The notes under the pieces are model-generated. The model had not been told where the DNA came from and did no database searches. It saw only the letters and a list, made by a program, of their open reading frames with translations. The translations under genes and the position numbers were made by a program. From Thermoplasmata archaeon (GTDB taxonomy: Archaea; Thermoplasmatota; Thermoplasmata; RBG-16-68-12; JAGMCJ01), in NCBI GenBank assembly GCA_046761005.1, contig JBHIFI010000004.1, positions 1-58,353 of the forward strand: a stretch of DNA of 58,353 bases. The letters are read 5' to 3'. This document shows positions 58,253-58,353 of the stretch, piece by piece. Every line of letters begins with the position of its first letter. Positions within the stretch are counted from its first letter, which is position 1.

Positions 58253-58353
58253 TCGGCAATCAAGATTACAAAACGTTTCATTTATAGGTTTTTATTCGCC
58301 CTCTATCCTCTTGAGGTTCTCCTCATAGACTTCCTTCGATATCCTGCCCTCTT

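Overview
A dense, core-genome archaeal window of roughly 50% GC. Gene content and sequence style point to Thermoplasmatota (an inference: DUF835 protein, Thermoplasmata-like Rpo11, nuclease-less Hef, large secreted proteases). Translation genes: the str operon (rps12-rps7-EF2-EF1A-rps10), rpl44e-rps27e-aIF2alpha-nop10-PAC2, rpoL-truD and four tRNAs (Ala-TGC, Glu-TTC, Pro-CGG and an intron-containing Ala-CGC). Metabolism and transport: fbp-tpiA, rpiA, kae1, a NikR-regulated Ni/Co ECF transporter, a UbiD decarboxylase and the HMG-CoA synthase/thiolase/DUF35 mevalonate cluster. Four large exported enzymes: M6, S8 (2598 aa) and M14 peptidases, and an LTD-PLD protein. I found no integrase, transposase or CRISPR array. 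Most notable: (1) a solo Cas4-like Fe-S nuclease with a duplicated 2-TM hairpin (4 TMs) inserted inside the nuclease fold, next to an exported LTD-PLD-PLD enzyme and two small membrane proteins, a candidate membrane-associated DNA-processing module; (2) an unannotated ~145-nt multi-hairpin element after rps10 whose G-U pairs favour the minus strand, with C-rich anti-Shine-Dalgarno-like loops and its own operator-flanked promoter; (3) two nuclease-less Hef/FANCM helicase paralogues, both ending in PIP boxes, bracketing the str operon; (4) a perfect 11-bp palindromic candidate NikR operator; (5) probable non-AUG starts (CTG for rps7). All functional calls come from motif recognition by eye; no searches were run.
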